Of a stretch of DNA of 64,000 nt, positions 25,425 through 39,301 are shown piece by piece. Under the pieces are notes generated by a model. It had not been told where the DNA came from. It saw only the letters and a list, made by a program, of their open reading frames with translations, and made no database searches. Position numbers and translations under genes: made by a program. How positions within the stretch are numbered: position 1 is the first letter of the stretch; every line of letters starts with the position of its first letter. This DNA comes from Octopus vulgaris (lineage: Eukaryota), in NCBI GenBank assembly GCA_951406725.2, contig OX597817.1, positions 119,040,001-119,104,000 of the forward strand, given 5' to 3'.

Positions 25425-25885
25425 AGGCGCAGGCGTGGCTGTGTGGTTCAGAAACTCGCTTTGCAAACACAGGGTTCTGGGTTCAATCCCATTGTGTGGC
25501 ACCTTGGACAAATGTTTTGTACCATAGCTCCAGGCTGACCAAGGCCTTGCAATTGTGAATTAAGTAGATGGAAGTGAATGAAGTAGATGGAAGTGAATGA
25601 AGTAGATGGAAGTGATGGTAGTTGCAAGTGAATTAAGTAGATGGAAACTGTGTGAAAGCTCATCTTATATGTGCGAGTGTGTGTGTGTCCTCACAATGGC
25701 TTATTAGTTTGTTTATGTCCCTGTAGTGTAAGGGTTAAGCAAAATAAACAATAGAATAAACACTAGAGTTGTAAAAGTATTTTAAAAAGTATGGTAGGGA
25801 TGGAAGCAGTTTGTTTCCCTAAACCCTACAAGGCAAGTACTTCAGTATGACCAGAGTCTAATGACTGAAACAAAAATGTAAAAGA
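25425..25885 (+). mobile_element. SINE family A, with internal 19-bp tandem expansion
   Basis: AGGCGCAGGCGTGGCTGTGTGG head, GGTTCAATCCC box, (GAAGTAGATGGAAGTGAAT)n at ~25560-25645, ATGACTGAAAC tail. Confidence 0.85.
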
Positions 25886-25994
25886 ATAAAAGATGATTGT
25901 TATTATTATCATTATTATTATTACTACTATTATTATTATTATTACTACTACTACTATTATTATTGTTGTTGTTGTTGTTGTTGTTATTATTATT

Positions 25995-26182
25995 GCAGCG
26001 AGCAAGCAGAATTGTTAGCATTTCGTTCATCTTTTACATTCTAAGTTCAAATTTCACCTAGGTTGACTTTGCCTTTCAACCTTTCAGGGCCGATAAATTA
26101 AGTACCAGTTATGTACTGGAGTCAATGTTATCAACTTATCCCCTCCCTGTCAATTTCATGCTTTGTGCCTATAGTAGAAAGG

Positions 26183-26185
<3 letters not shown>
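25995..26185 (+). mobile_element. SINE family B copy
   Basis: GACTTTGCCTTTCAACCTTTCAGGGCCGATAAATTAAGTACCAG core; (ATT)n tail. Confidence 0.8.
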
Positions 26186-26236
<51 letters not shown>

Positions 26237-26987
26237 GTGATGTTGCTAATTTTCATTTCCAGAATTAACATCCTTATTTAAATAGAACAATCAGATATAT
26301 ATTTTTAGCCATAATTGTGAGCTGAGAATTTTCACATATTCTTTTTCATTTCTTATTTTTTATATTTTTTTATGCCTAAATCTAATGTTTTAGAATAGTT
26401 ACAAGTTTTTTAAATATCTTTGTTTTAATTTTTTTTATATTTAAAATACTATTTTATTTTTTATTTTACTTGACCCACAAAGAACTTCGATCAAATAATA
26501 CACAATCAAATGAGAATAAATCAGAATAAAAATGTTAATGAAGATAGTTTTTGCAGCTTGGTTGAATTCCTGGATAAATATTTTAAGAACAAATTAGTGT
26601 GGTTTAATTTTATATTATTTTATTTTTTTACATATATAATTATAAACTACTTAGCAAAATATGATTAATGTCTGCACAGTAATTCTGATATAAAAAGAAG
26701 TAAAAATAAAAATATTTCTTTGTTTCTTATTTATTTTTTATAAAATTATTTCAAATTTCCTTGTCCATCTTGATCGTTATCAATTGTATGGTAAGCTGAA
26801 CATTAGGGATAGAGAGGAGGAGAGTAGAAAAGAATTTCATCTATAGAGTAATCTGTATTTTAGAATCAGTGTCTACATCCATTACAAACCCAGAGAATAA
26901 GTAGCAAATACAAGATATATATTGGGCTCTGTGATTCTATGGATATCACTGGCTTAGACATAGCTGCTATCTCCAGCAGTCAGGTGT

Positions 26988-27034
26988 CTACTATTGACAA
27001 GGCCAGGGAGGGCCGAAAGTATGAGATCTGGTAG
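26988..27034 (+). ncRNA. Decayed type I hammerhead motif
   Basis: ctacta-TTGACAA-ggcc agggag ggcc-GAAA-gtatgaga-TC-tggtag; 6-bp stem I, 4-bp stem II; core two transitions from CTGACGA. Confidence 0.5.
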
Positions 27035-27187
27035 TCTTAACAGTAGCGATGTCAATCATTTGTCTCTTGCTATCGATATTAACTAGAGTGCTTATATGCA
27101 CCAGAAGACCATACATGATAAATATCGCAGTATCCTGTGTTCTAATACAACAAACGCTTTTAAGTGGGTTAAATATTACCTTTTCGA

Positions 27188-27475
27188 TTAGGGAGCAAAT
27201 ATTTAAGAAAAAGTGGAAGTGGATTGGAAGCACAATTAGAAAAGACACACCAAACACAGCGAAAAGTGCTTTACAGTGGAAACCAGATGGATATAGAAGG
27301 AGATGTAGACCTAAGAACTCATGGCGGAGATAACACAAAAGGAACTAGAGAAAGGGGGACATTCATGGCAGAGTATAAGTACAGAAGCCAAAAAATATGT
27401 GACATGAAATTCAACTATAAGAAGCCTATACTCCGCATTGGAGGGTTAAATGCATAAAGAAGATTAAAGAAGAAG
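27188..27475 (+). mobile_element. RTE-clade LINE 3' fragment
   Basis: IREQIFKKKWKWIGSTIRK...ALQWKPDGYRRRCRPKNSWRR; (AAG)n-like tail; same family as 10305-10636. Confidence 0.85.
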
Positions 27476-28075
27476 ATCTTGGTATTAATACTGCTTCTGT
27501 TGTTACTGATTACTTTTGAAGATATATATATCAGAATTAACATCCTTATCTTAAAATAGCTAGGTATATATTTTTTGCCATAATTCTTAGCTGAGATACA
27601 TTTTATGAATATTTTTTATGCCTATATATAATATTCTAAAATACTTACTATTTCTTTTTTTACCTGACCCATATATATTATTTCTAATAGGAAAATGAAA
27701 CAAAAATTAGAAGACACAAAGAGTGAAAGATAAAGAATGTCAGAGAAATTAGACGTGTGTGTGGATGTGGGTGTGTGTGTATGTGCATGTGTGTGTGTAG
27801 GTGCACGACCTCACCATCACAAAATTCTGGTCTAAGTTCTAAGACTAAGCTGTGTTGTGTGTTCTTCAGCTAAACTCTTCAATTCATGTTGCTCTGTGAC
27901 CACTCTGACATCTGACATGTGGCACTCTGTACACCTGTACAGGTAATGTTGACTTGATGGAAGGAGTGACCTAATGTATGGCACAAACATTTTATCACTA
28001 TAACCCAGCTATTTGGGCATTTTGTTCAGTAAGAAATTGCAGAATGCTCATCTGTCATCTATGATAAAAGTCCAC

Positions 28076-28128
<53 letters not shown>

Positions 28129-28221
28129 GCTCAGCAAAATTTAGATTCAAATGAATGTGGTACTTAAATTAGATGCACCAGAATTTTGTACGGTGTTATC
28201 CATATAAATCCATGGGGTGAT

Positions 28222-28295
28222 TATAATCAAAATAAGCAACAAGAATATCTTCTGTAATTTGGAAATTACCGAAGATATTCTTGTTGCTTATTTTG

Positions 28296-28301
<6 letters not shown>
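28222..28301. repeat. Near-perfect hairpin (39-bp arms, 2-nt loop) abutting (TA)n
   Basis: 28222-28260 vs 28263-28301, one mismatch. Confidence 0.9.
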
Positions 28302-28340
<39 letters not shown>

Positions 28341-28343
28341 TTG

Positions 28344-28553
28344 ATCTTTTACCTGTTTCAGTCATTAGACTGTGACCATGCTGGGGCATCACCTTGAATT
28401 TTTAGTCGAATGAATCGGCCCCAGTACTTATTTTTTAAGGATGGTACTTATTCTATTGGTCTCTTTTAGCAAACTGCTAAGTTACAGGGACATAAACACA
28501 TCAACAAGTGGTAATGGCGGAACAAACACAGACACACACACATAAATATATAT

Positions 28554-28596
<43 letters not shown>

Positions 28597-28744
28597 TTTC
28601 CATCTACCAAATCTATTCACAAGGCTTTGGTCAGCTCTAGATTACAGTAGAAGGCACACACCCAAGGTGCCACACAGTGGGACTGGACCTAGAACCATGT
28701 GGCTGGGAAGCAAACCTCTTACCACACAGCCACTCCTGTGCCTA
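28344..28744 (-). mobile_element. SINE family A copy, CpG-decayed
   Basis: Colinear with 2797-3214 with many CG>TG/CA changes. Confidence 0.85.
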
Positions 28745-29689
28745 TATATATATATGAAAAAAAAAAAAAGAAGTCCAGAAACTTGCTAGTTTGACTGCTA
28801 TGATGAGTTTAAATCTTGTCAAGAGCAACCTATACTTGGTATTCTCCACAGGATATCAAATATATTTAATGATTTCTCATTCATATTACCATGCTGTTAA
28901 TTTGTATTGGAGAACTATAGTGAACTGACTTGACATCAGTACTTTCCTGGTACTTATTTTATTAATTTCGAATCTTTTCAGTTTACATCTAGAGGTATAA
29001 CATAATAACATATAACATACAGTAAACTTCTACCAGCCTTGGCCACACTAATATGTTATTTACATAAATGGAATAGGTAATAATGTCTGGTGTAGCAATT
29101 TCTATATTGTACACTTCAGTTATATCTATAATTATGATTCTGTCTGGCTAAAGATGACAAACTGTTCAACCTAGTGGTAATGATGAAGACATCAATTTAA
29201 TAACTTGTTTACTAGAAACAAATGAGGTAAATATACACAAAATTTTGTTAAATAATTGCAAACTTGTATGAAATCTATTTAAATGATAGTAAAATGTATT
29301 TTTAAATAGTGAATAGAATACCAAAACAATTGAAATTATCTACACATATACTGATAGCATACTTCGAATATACACTCTCCGGTTGAATACGTTTATAAGA
29401 AATCAGCAAAACACAAATGGTCAAATTAAAAGTGATGTCAGTTATCTTTTCAAAAAGCAATCTAAAATCAAATAGCAATAAGGTATACATTGGCTGTATC
29501 TCTTGGTTGTCCTAATATTTTTTTCAAATTAAATCTCTGTATTCATTTTTCATGGTAAAAAAAGAAAAATCATGTCTAACTATCTGGAAAATTAATACTA
29601 TTTACAATTTTTAACCAGTGCGTTTATTGGTTTGAAATAATCACACTGGATTACAAAAATCACTGAGTAAGAACACTGATAGCACACTA

Positions 29690-30190
29690 ACCCTAACCCA
29701 ACCACATGGTTCTGGCTTCAGTCCTATTGTGTGGTACCTTGAGTAAATGCCTTCTACTATAGCCCAGAGCCAACCCAAGTCTTATGTGAAGATTTGGCAG
29801 TTGGAAACTGAAAGAAGCCTGTTGTGTGTTATAATCATCATTGTCATCATTTAATGTCTGCTTTCCATGATGGCATGGGTTGGATGGTTTGACTGAAACT
29901 GATAAGCAGGAGGGTTGCACCGGGTTCTAATCTGATTTGGCATGGTTTGTATGGCTGGATACCCTTCATAACGCCAACCACTGTGTGTGTGTGTATTTGT
30001 TGTAGTTATCCATCACCACCACCACCACTTGACAACAGGTATTGGTTTGTTTATGTCCCTGTATCTCAGTGGTTCAGAAAAGTACCAGACTTTAAAAAAT
30101 GAGTAGTGGAGTAAATTTGTTCACCTGAAACCCCATCAAGGTGGTGTCCCAGCATGGCCACAACCCAATGACTGAAACAAGTAAAAAGCT
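29690..30190 (+). mobile_element. SINE family A with a nested antisense family C fragment (~29835-29982)
   Basis: CCACATGGTTC...GGCCACAACCCAATGACTGAAACAAGTAAAA; insert matches the reverse complement of 46170-46320. Confidence 0.75.
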
Positions 30191-31464
30191 AAATAAGACA
30201 AATTATTTCTATGTAAGGATGTTTTCTACGATTGCTCTGAAACAATTCTTAAATCTGACCTGTGTATGTTGTCACAATCAGAATATAGAATTAATTAAAT
30301 AATATGTATTATTATGTAATACATAAATTTCTACTCACACTAAGAGAGAAAATCATGCATCACAATGTGTGTGTGTGTATGATTTTACATTAATGTATAG
30401 ACTGAAATTACAATTCAAAATGGTTCAACATGTGTAGTTTACACACCTACATTTTGATCAAATTAATTCATTTAATGAAATTAATAGATTTAAATGTAAT
30501 CCAGTATCAAGAGATCAAATATATATATTTAGAGATGGAACTAAGATTTTGTTTTTAATGTGAATAAAAATATTGGAATAATTTTCATCCATATATATAA
30601 TTAAAATAATTAGATTAGACATTAGCAATAGAATTTCCTTCAGATATTAAGTGGAGGTCATTTATTTCTTAATTTGATTTTCTAATTACTCAAGTGATTA
30701 TTTCTACTAAGTGCAAAAATCATCTAATATTTAAAACTTGTTAATTTGAAAAAAAAATGGTGATATTTTCATAAAAAATAGAAAACTAAAATCCAATTGA
30801 ATATTTCTCGCTTTCTAGAAATTTTCCTATATATTTAGAGAGGAAAAAAACCCATTAAATTTGATGTCCAAATCTGAAAAAATCTTTTAAACGCTAACTA
30901 GATTTATAGCCATTATTGGTAAGGGAGGTAACTGTAAAAATGATAGTTATCTCCCTTAGTGCTTACAAGTAAAATTTCAAGAACAGTGTTTTTTATCGAC
31001 GCTAGACGAAATTACTCATCCAGCCCCTTCACAGATTCACATAAATTTTACTACACAAAGTTAACCAAACAAACCATTACTTATGTAGGCCTTTGGATTT
31101 TAATTGATATATTTCTAAAACTACAATACAATGTTATATTTTTTCAAAAGTTTGTTGTTCAGATAATAAATTTTCTAATGAACTAAAAATAGGTTTGCAC
31201 ACTTAAAGTTTAAAAAAAAATGTTTGAAACCATATAAATTAAACAAATTATTTGATTGGTATAATTTGATTGAATCTTAATGTAATAATTATTCTATCAA
31301 CAGAGACGATATAAATGTTTTTTTATAAATACCTAAAAATTATTCTGTGACATTCTTTAATGAGCACAATATTTCTAAATAATACATTCTGTTTTTGGAA
31401 CAGTGAAACTCAAAACAGGTAAAGCTATAAATAATAACACGTAAATATTGGCTTAAAAAAAACT

Positions 31465-32088
31465 TTAACCATTTAGCATTTAAACTGGCCCAAATATTCT
31501 ACCTGTTTTATGTTACAACTTGCCAGATCTGGACTTTCTCATCTACTTGACAATGTCATTCTAAAATACATACAAGCACATCATCAAATTTTCAAAGCCA
31601 TGAGATAATGCACGATTAATTCAAAACAATGTGAATAAATAAATCTATATATATATAAAACTGAAGTTGTCTGTGTATGGTAGGTTTGGTAGCCTTCAAC
31701 TAACACTATCTCCTCCGAGACCCTGCAGTGCAAGTTGACCAAAATTGAGAGTATGATAGAAGAAGGCTTGCTCTTCTTTCCGGAGAAGAAAAAATTTAAA
31801 TCGGACCATGTTAAGACCAAAAATTATTTACATCAAAAAGGTGCTTTTTTTTCTATGAAAATCATTATTTTTTACGATTTCTTGACTCCTGTGTCGCCAT
31901 TTTTCGGTGTCTTTCAAAAAGGGAAAATGTTCACTTAGAGAGAATAACAAGCTACATAATGCAAAATTTTCACTTTTCAAAAATTCCAATTCTAAAGAGT
32001 CGAAAAGAAAACAAGCCAGAGCAACTCTAGGCTATACTGCTAGTATTATATAATATTTGATAGAATAATCTGAATGCTTAAATGTTAA
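31465..32088. mobile_element. TTAA-type MITE interrupted by a Helitron
   Basis: TTAACCATTTAGCATT...AATGCTTAAATGTTAA ends; the two flanks join to match the uninterrupted copy at 43869-44090. Confidence 0.75.
31644..32043 (+). mobile_element. Non-autonomous Helitron
   Basis: A|TCTATATA...GCCAGAGCAACTCTAGGC hairpin-TATACTGCTAG|T; termini resemble 14153-14551. Confidence 0.82.
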
Positions 32089-34254
32089 AAACCCCGAAGG
32101 ATGCCTTTGACTTTTTGTATCGAAAGGGCTTTTAACCCAATATTTACACATAATTATTCATAGGTTATCTGCTTCGAATTCCATTGTTCCAAAAAAGAAT
32201 TATTTCACATTTCTTAAAGTTTCTAAATTCTTAATGACATCAATATAATACAAATAATTTTTATTTTGAAAATCTTAATATAGCACATCATTCTTAGATG
32301 CCTTTCATATGGCTGCAATATATGCCATCAATTAAATTAGAGCACAAAAAATGTTTTTTATAAATTTATTGATTTTTGTTTTTTTAGTCTGTAGCACTAA
32401 TTAGAAAACAAAAATGACATACATCCACTAAAAGATTCATATAGTTTATAAATATGATTGGTTCAATTATCTCTTAACACAGTTTTTTGAACACCTTGCA
32501 ACAGCTATTAAGAAATTGCTATTTCAGAATTTTCAAAAATTTAAGGAAGCCTATGCCATGTCAGTTCAAAGTAACAATTCTTTCTACGATTTTAGCAAAT
32601 TCCACTTACCTTAATAATCTCTAGGCATAAAGTTTTGTAATTTCGACAGAGACAATTATTGCTGTAGCTAGTTTTCTTCAAATAAGAACTTAAGTTTGTC
32701 TTCTTTATTTTAAGTTATATATTACACGTGGCAACACATATGTATTTGTTCATAGAACCTCATTGAAATATGCAAGAGAATTTGAACATAACATAACAAG
32801 CTAAGAAAATATCAATTCTACCTATTTTCAAGCTATTTACAACAGTGAGTTGTACCAACTTATAGTACGTATGTGTATACACACAGACACACGTACATGC
32901 ACTCACACACACACACAGAGGAAAGAATCCTTCAAACTGCATGTTTAAAAAATGAGTAAGACATTTGATAACATAATCTAAAGAGCACTATGCCTCAGAG
33001 AGAGTGGTCGTAGCAGGAATACCTTTGAGCATACGTTTGCTCAGTGCTTGCTAACAAGGAGAAAAACTACAACATATGCAGTGAGGTGAACTGAACCCTA
33101 GAGAATCAAGTGCTTTGATCAAAGTCACAGCAAAATATTTGTGATATGCAGAAAAATTATTGAATTTTCCACAAACCAAACAACAATGTCAACTTAGTCT
33201 TAATGCATATTCCCAGTGACTAAGACAGTTGATATTAAATCAATGGTGTACAGTCGTAGGCAGGAGTAAATTACTAAAGAAAAGATATTGTAAGAAATTT
33301 AATGTCTTCCAAAAATACTTCCATGCGTAATACATATTCTCAGTATATATCTGGCAGGGGATTTCAAAAATTTAAATACATATATATTATTTGTGCATTC
33401 TTCCAAATATTGAAATAAATATCTTGCCAGTTTTCGTTCCATGATACATTGTGATTTTCTTAACAATTTCTTGATTTATCATTTCTAGAAGCAGAGAGAT
33501 GCCAAAACCAAAGACGCAAGCCAAATGCATCAGCAGCATTTTCTTTAGCCATTAGATCAGAACTATAAATACAATTCCAGCAGTGATAATGTCTCACAAA
33601 GAATTCAATAGAGCAGTATGGTAAACCTCAGTTATTTATAAAAGTGAGATATAAGAAAGAGGACAGAAATGAAACAACTGCCTGGAATGGAAAGAATTAG
33701 CTATTAGACATTAAACATATTAATATTTGACCAATAGGACATTCTGCAAACAATCTTCATAATAGGATGAAGAGATTACAGAGCAAATATTTGAAATGCC
33801 TGATTTCAAGAGATTTCATAATTGTAGATGGGTCTATGCAATCATTACACTATTAATTATGCCGATCGCAATGATTAATAACAACACCAATAACAGCGAT
33901 TATATATATATGTGTATGTGTGTGTATGCATACACAAAAGTATATCTTTACCATGATAGCATTTAAAAGTTGTAAATGACTAGCACCTTCATAGAAGTGG
34001 TGCCATTTATTTCCAATCTTCCATGAATACATAGTTGGCCATGGGGAAATATTGCCTTGCTTGAAAAGGGCAGATATTTGGCGACACTGAAAGTGCAAGC
34101 ATATCTATCTGTCTGTCTGTCTGTGTATGTATATATATATATATATATATATATCTTATCAAACTCTATTTGGCACGTGTAAACATGGTAAAAAGTGGAT
34201 GTTGAAATGGCGACACTGAAAGTGGGAGCATATCTATCTGTCTGTCTGTCTGTG

Positions 34255-34304
<50 letters not shown>

Positions 34305-34320
34305 GATATAGATATGTATA

Positions 34321-34364
<44 letters not shown>

Positions 34365-34396
34365 TGTGTGTGTGTGTGTGTCTGTGTGTCTGTCTG

Positions 34397-34451
<55 letters not shown>

Positions 34452-34481
34452 GTATATATATATCTTATATATATATATATT

Positions 34482-34601
34482 AGAGAAAAACCACTATTAT
34501 GTAATTCAAACAATGTTAGGCATAAACCAAATCATAAAGAAAAAATAAAATATATTATAAAACACTTGATCACAAAAAGTACATAATAGTGGCTTTTCTT
34601 T
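34482..34601. repeat. (TA)n-embedded insert with 22-bp terminal inverted repeats
   Basis: AGAGAAAAACCACTATTATGTA and TACATAATAGTGGCTTTTCTTT, 20/22 match. Confidence 0.75.
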
Positions 34602-34677
34602 AATTTATATATATTATATATTTATACTGTGAAATTTGATTTAATACTAAATTGAATTTTTCCCTGTAAGTTTGGAG

Positions 34678-34728
<51 letters not shown>

Positions 34729-34736
34729 TATATTTA

Positions 34737-34784
<48 letters not shown>

Positions 34785-35630
34785 TTTATATATATTTTAT
34801 ATATATTTATATAGATATATTTATATATATTTATATATATATTTATTTATTTATTTACTTATTTTATATATTCATGCCAAAATAGACAGTGGAGTTTGGT
34901 GTACTCACAGTCATCTCGCTGGCCAGTTCCCGTCAAGCCATCTAACACATGCCAGGATAGAAAATGAACATTTCATGATGATGATGGTGATTCACACATT
35001 TTCATATTCATATGCTTGTGATTCTATGTTTATGTAAATCTGTGCATTGCTGTGTGAGCCTGTGTTTGTTTAATTTCCTCTTTTATTCTAAACCATATAA
35101 TCTTTTCGTATTCGACTTCAAAAATACTAAACTATATATCATAAACATATTAAACAAATTATCACAACTAATCACTGTGTTATAAATTTCTATTTAGTTC
35201 TCACTTAACGATCATCTTTTGTCATTATGTACACCTACAGTAAATATATAATTTTCAGTAATTCTATTAACGGTAAAAGAATAATAATTTGAAGAATCAA
35301 AGACTTCAGATTATTATTCCTTTGAGATTTCTTCCAAAATCATATCCTACACAGCAATAATAATGCATAGTAGACTTAACAAATCAGAGTTATTACAGTA
35401 CGCTCACTATCGAGGTCTATCATTACAATTTATTGGATTTTATTACACCTGTGTACCATTATTGCGTAGGATAATTGCAACTGAAAAATTTCTTTCTTAC
35501 AAAGAACTGTTTCAAGAACTAGTTAAAACAGCATATCAGACAATATTAGTGTAAATTTATAACATACATATTGTTTAGAGCAGTATCAAAGTGGGAAAAA
35601 TTCAACTGGTTATTTTACTTATCCACAACA

Positions 35631-35729
<99 letters not shown>

Positions 35730-35870
35730 ATATATATATATATACAAGATAAGAAAATGGAGAAATACATCTAAATCAAATATGTATTAACTTTGTTGGG
35801 TACTTCACTAGCAGTATATTGGATATATGTTATCCCATAGAGGGTTGCATTTACAACCCCTATCTCAATT

Positions 35871-35911
<41 letters not shown>

Positions 35912-36173
35912 TTATTCTTTTAGTTGAAGAAATTGATTCCAGGGCCTATTCTTTGTAAGCCTAGTACTTATTCTATCAGTCCCCTTTGCCAGACTGCTAA
36001 GTTACATGGACATAGACATACCAACATTGGTTGTCAAGCAATGGTAAGGAGACAAACACAGACATAAACACATAAATATACATACATATATATATATACG
36101 ACAGGCTTCATTCAGTTTCCATCAACCAATTCTACTCACAAAGCTTTGGTTAGCCCGGGGCTATAGCAGAAGA
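35912..36173 (-). mobile_element. SINE family A fragment
   Basis: GTACTTATTCTATCAGT...ACTCACAAAGCTTTGGTTAGCCCGGGGCTATAG. Confidence 0.8.
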
Positions 36174-36239
36174 TAAATATATATGTGTGTGTGTATGTGT
36201 GTGTGTGTGTGTGTGTCTAAAATCTATTGATTTGCAGAA

Positions 36240-36477
36240 GTAGATCTAGGGCCTCTGTTGCTCAAGATTCAACCACGTATCAGCACGTATATATACATTT
36301 TCAACATGCCCTGGTGGTTGTATACAAATGCATTCCTTTCTCCATTTTTCCCCCCTTTGTCTTTCCTTACCTTCTGAAGAAAAGTGGATACTTGAAGCAT
36401 TAGGGACTTACATTTCTTTTTCTTTACCCTATTTCCTGAACATAAGCCTAATACTTAATACAGGCTGTCTTTGTGTT
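36240..36477 (+). mobile_element. Decayed copy of the PLE-like 3' end at 21170-21395, with HHR relic at 36371-36406
   Basis: CTGAAGA-aaagt ggat actt-GAAG-catta-gggactta aligns to 21271-21308, mostly by CpG-type transitions. Confidence 0.5.
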
Positions 36478-36565
36478 ATATATATATATATATATATATA
36501 TGTAGGAAAACCTAATTGTGGATCTTTGGCAGTTGCCTCATGCAAGAAAGTCTTTTCTCGCATAC

Positions 36566-36577
36566 CTCTGATGTTGT
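36566..36577 (-). CDS. Possible 12-nt microexon
   Basis: Minus: attatcttttccttag|ACAACATCAGAG|gtatgc. Confidence 0.15.
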
Positions 36578-37714
36578 CTAAGGAAAAGATAATCAACTTA
36601 GGGTTGATACATATTTGTATCTACGTTTTTGTGTATATTTGCTATCATAAATCAAAACCAGGTACAGGCACCACAAGTTATCCCATTCACTGCTCTAACA
36701 GCACTGCCAATCCACCACTGTTGATTATTACAATGTTTTGCGAACCACAAAACAGTGAAAAGTAATGTTTATCTCAGTAGAGTTGGAGCTCAGAGTGCAG
36801 TGAACAAATATCATAGGACAATGCCAATTTTCCTCCTTAAAAGTACATATGTTTACTTTCAATCTCTCCATGAATTTCTCTACTGGAAATTTTGAAACCT
36901 TATTATCAAAGTAACAGACTATATACCAGAGTATGATGTTTAACAACATCGAGATTTGAATGCTGCAGATAAAGCTGCAGTAAAACTTTCATCAGGTAAA
37001 TATGATATATAAATACACAAACACACATAAAAACACACACACTTGTACAATTAATAAACATTGTTTCTACATCATAGCTACTCAAAGAGGTTATTACCCT
37101 TTAGGAAGAATGTCCTTGTGTTTAGAAATTTCACTGGGAAGATCATTCAGATTCAACATTACAGATTATATATGCTTATAAGTATATACATATATATATG
37201 AACATACATAAAATAACAATGAGGATTCATTCAAATAAATAGATTACCAGAAATGAATATAGCATTAGAATAGAGGAAGAACGAATGTAGTAGAAATATA
37301 TATAATTCTAAGTTAAATATATTTCAAGTACCCCATTAAATTATAAAAGTATTATATATATTTATATGGATATAAAACTCATTGATATCATCATTGCTGA
37401 TATCTGAATAGAAATTTGAGTCAATAGTGTTTATAGATATATTGTCATTAACAACCTTACTGACGCACAACTCATGGGAATTGTTTGTGGTTGTGTAAAT
37501 ATAATTGTACATAAATGAGTGTATAAACATCATAGGAAAGAAATCTAGTTTTATGAAAATGTGTGCATGTGTGTGTGTTTGTGTATATATATGTGTGTGT
37601 ATATATATATGTATATATATATATATTTATAATTTATATTTATTTATAATTTTATTTATTTATATATATATATATACACATGTATATATGTATGTATATA
37701 TATATGTATGTACA

Positions 37715-38012
37715 TAACGAGACAGATGAGTGACAACCTGGCCACTGGTGGTGGTGTAACACACCATACTAATCATATCTGTCGGGCATGTGGAAGAGAG
37801 TGTAATTCGGCAGGAGGACTTAAACGACATGCAAAGGTACATGAAGCCCAGTTACAACTACAGCTGGCTATTACCAGTAAAGGTTTTAGTTGCCAATTTT
37901 GTACAAGACATTGTAGATCTTTAGCTGGGTTAAAAAGTCATATTTGATCACAGCACCAGTTACAGTTAAGCTTTGTGCAATGGCCATACTCGATAACGAG
38001 GGGGCAGCCATA
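37715..38012 (+). mobile_element. Probable LINE (RTE-like) 3' end encoding two C2H2 zinc fingers
   Basis: CRACGRECNSAGGLKRHAKVH and [21 protein letters not shown] (TGA likely from CGA); no splice sites; short tail then (TA)n. Confidence 0.7.
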
Positions 38013-38259
38013 ATATATTTATATATAAATATATATATGTGCATATATATATATATATATATGTCTATATATATATATATATGCATATATATATATATGC
38101 ATATATATATATGTATATATAGATATATACATATATGGATGTATAAATAGATATATATATGTGTGTGTGTATATATAGATATGTATATATGTATATATAT
38201 ATGTAGGTATGTATATATAAATGTGTATATATATATATACGTAGATATGCATGTATATG

Positions 38260-38293
<34 letters not shown>

Positions 38294-38299
38294 ATTATA

Positions 38300-38331
<32 letters not shown>

Positions 38332-38349
38332 GGTATATATGTATATATA

Positions 38350-38414
<65 letters not shown>

Positions 38415-38924
38415 GAACGTTTGGAGGTGATGTACAGGTATTATATATTAGAAGAAATAAGATACTCAGAAATCTGGATGGTTTTATATTTACAGACTTT
38501 TATTAACATGCCACATGTTTCTATAAATCATATATTAGCGCTTGCATCTACTCTAGTAGAATCTCCAGATTTTAATGTATGTATACATATATATATATAT
38601 GTGTATATGTATATATATAAACAAATATGTATATATATATATACACATGTATGTATATATATATAATTATTATAATAATTAGGGAATATCAATTAGAAGT
38701 GTGTAAACAATGAGTTTTTGAATGAGACTTTGTGTCTTAACAATACCATACGTACCCTCATGAAACACGTGTAGTGTGTAATATGGAACATTTTGGGATT
38801 ATGAATATAAATAGTAAGTATATTATTTAATATTTTATGGCTTGGTTGAGTAAATATCATTTGGAGTTGATGAAGTTTTGGCTGTTTCTATCTCAAACAC
38901 TATTTTGATATATATATATATATA

Positions 38925-38980
<56 letters not shown>

Positions 38981-39063
38981 AATGTATACAAATATATGCA
39001 TATAAATATATGTATATAGATATATGTATATATATAGATGTATGTATATATATATGTATAAAG

Positions 39064-39228
39064 ATCATCATCATCATCATCGTTTAACGTCTGTTCTCCA
39101 TGCTAGCATGGGTTGAACGGTTCGACCGGAGATCTGGGAAGCCAGAAGGCTGCACCAGGCTCCAGTCTGATCTGGCAGTGTTTCTACAGCTGGATGCCCT
39201 TCCTAATGCCAACCACTCTGAGAGCGTA
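39064..39228 (-). mobile_element. SINE family C 3' fragment
   Basis: Reverse complement of 46165-46320 including the (GAT)n tail. Confidence 0.85.
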
Positions 39229-39237
39229 GTATATATA

Positions 39238-39301
<64 letters not shown>

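Noticed and set aside
36728-36949. 73-aa minus ORF with hydrophobic start
   Set aside because: No homology or supporting splice structure recognised.
38748-38792. CTCATGAAACACGTGTAG HHR-like motif in a (TA)n-flanked insert
   Set aside because: No single fold satisfies the core and all three stems.
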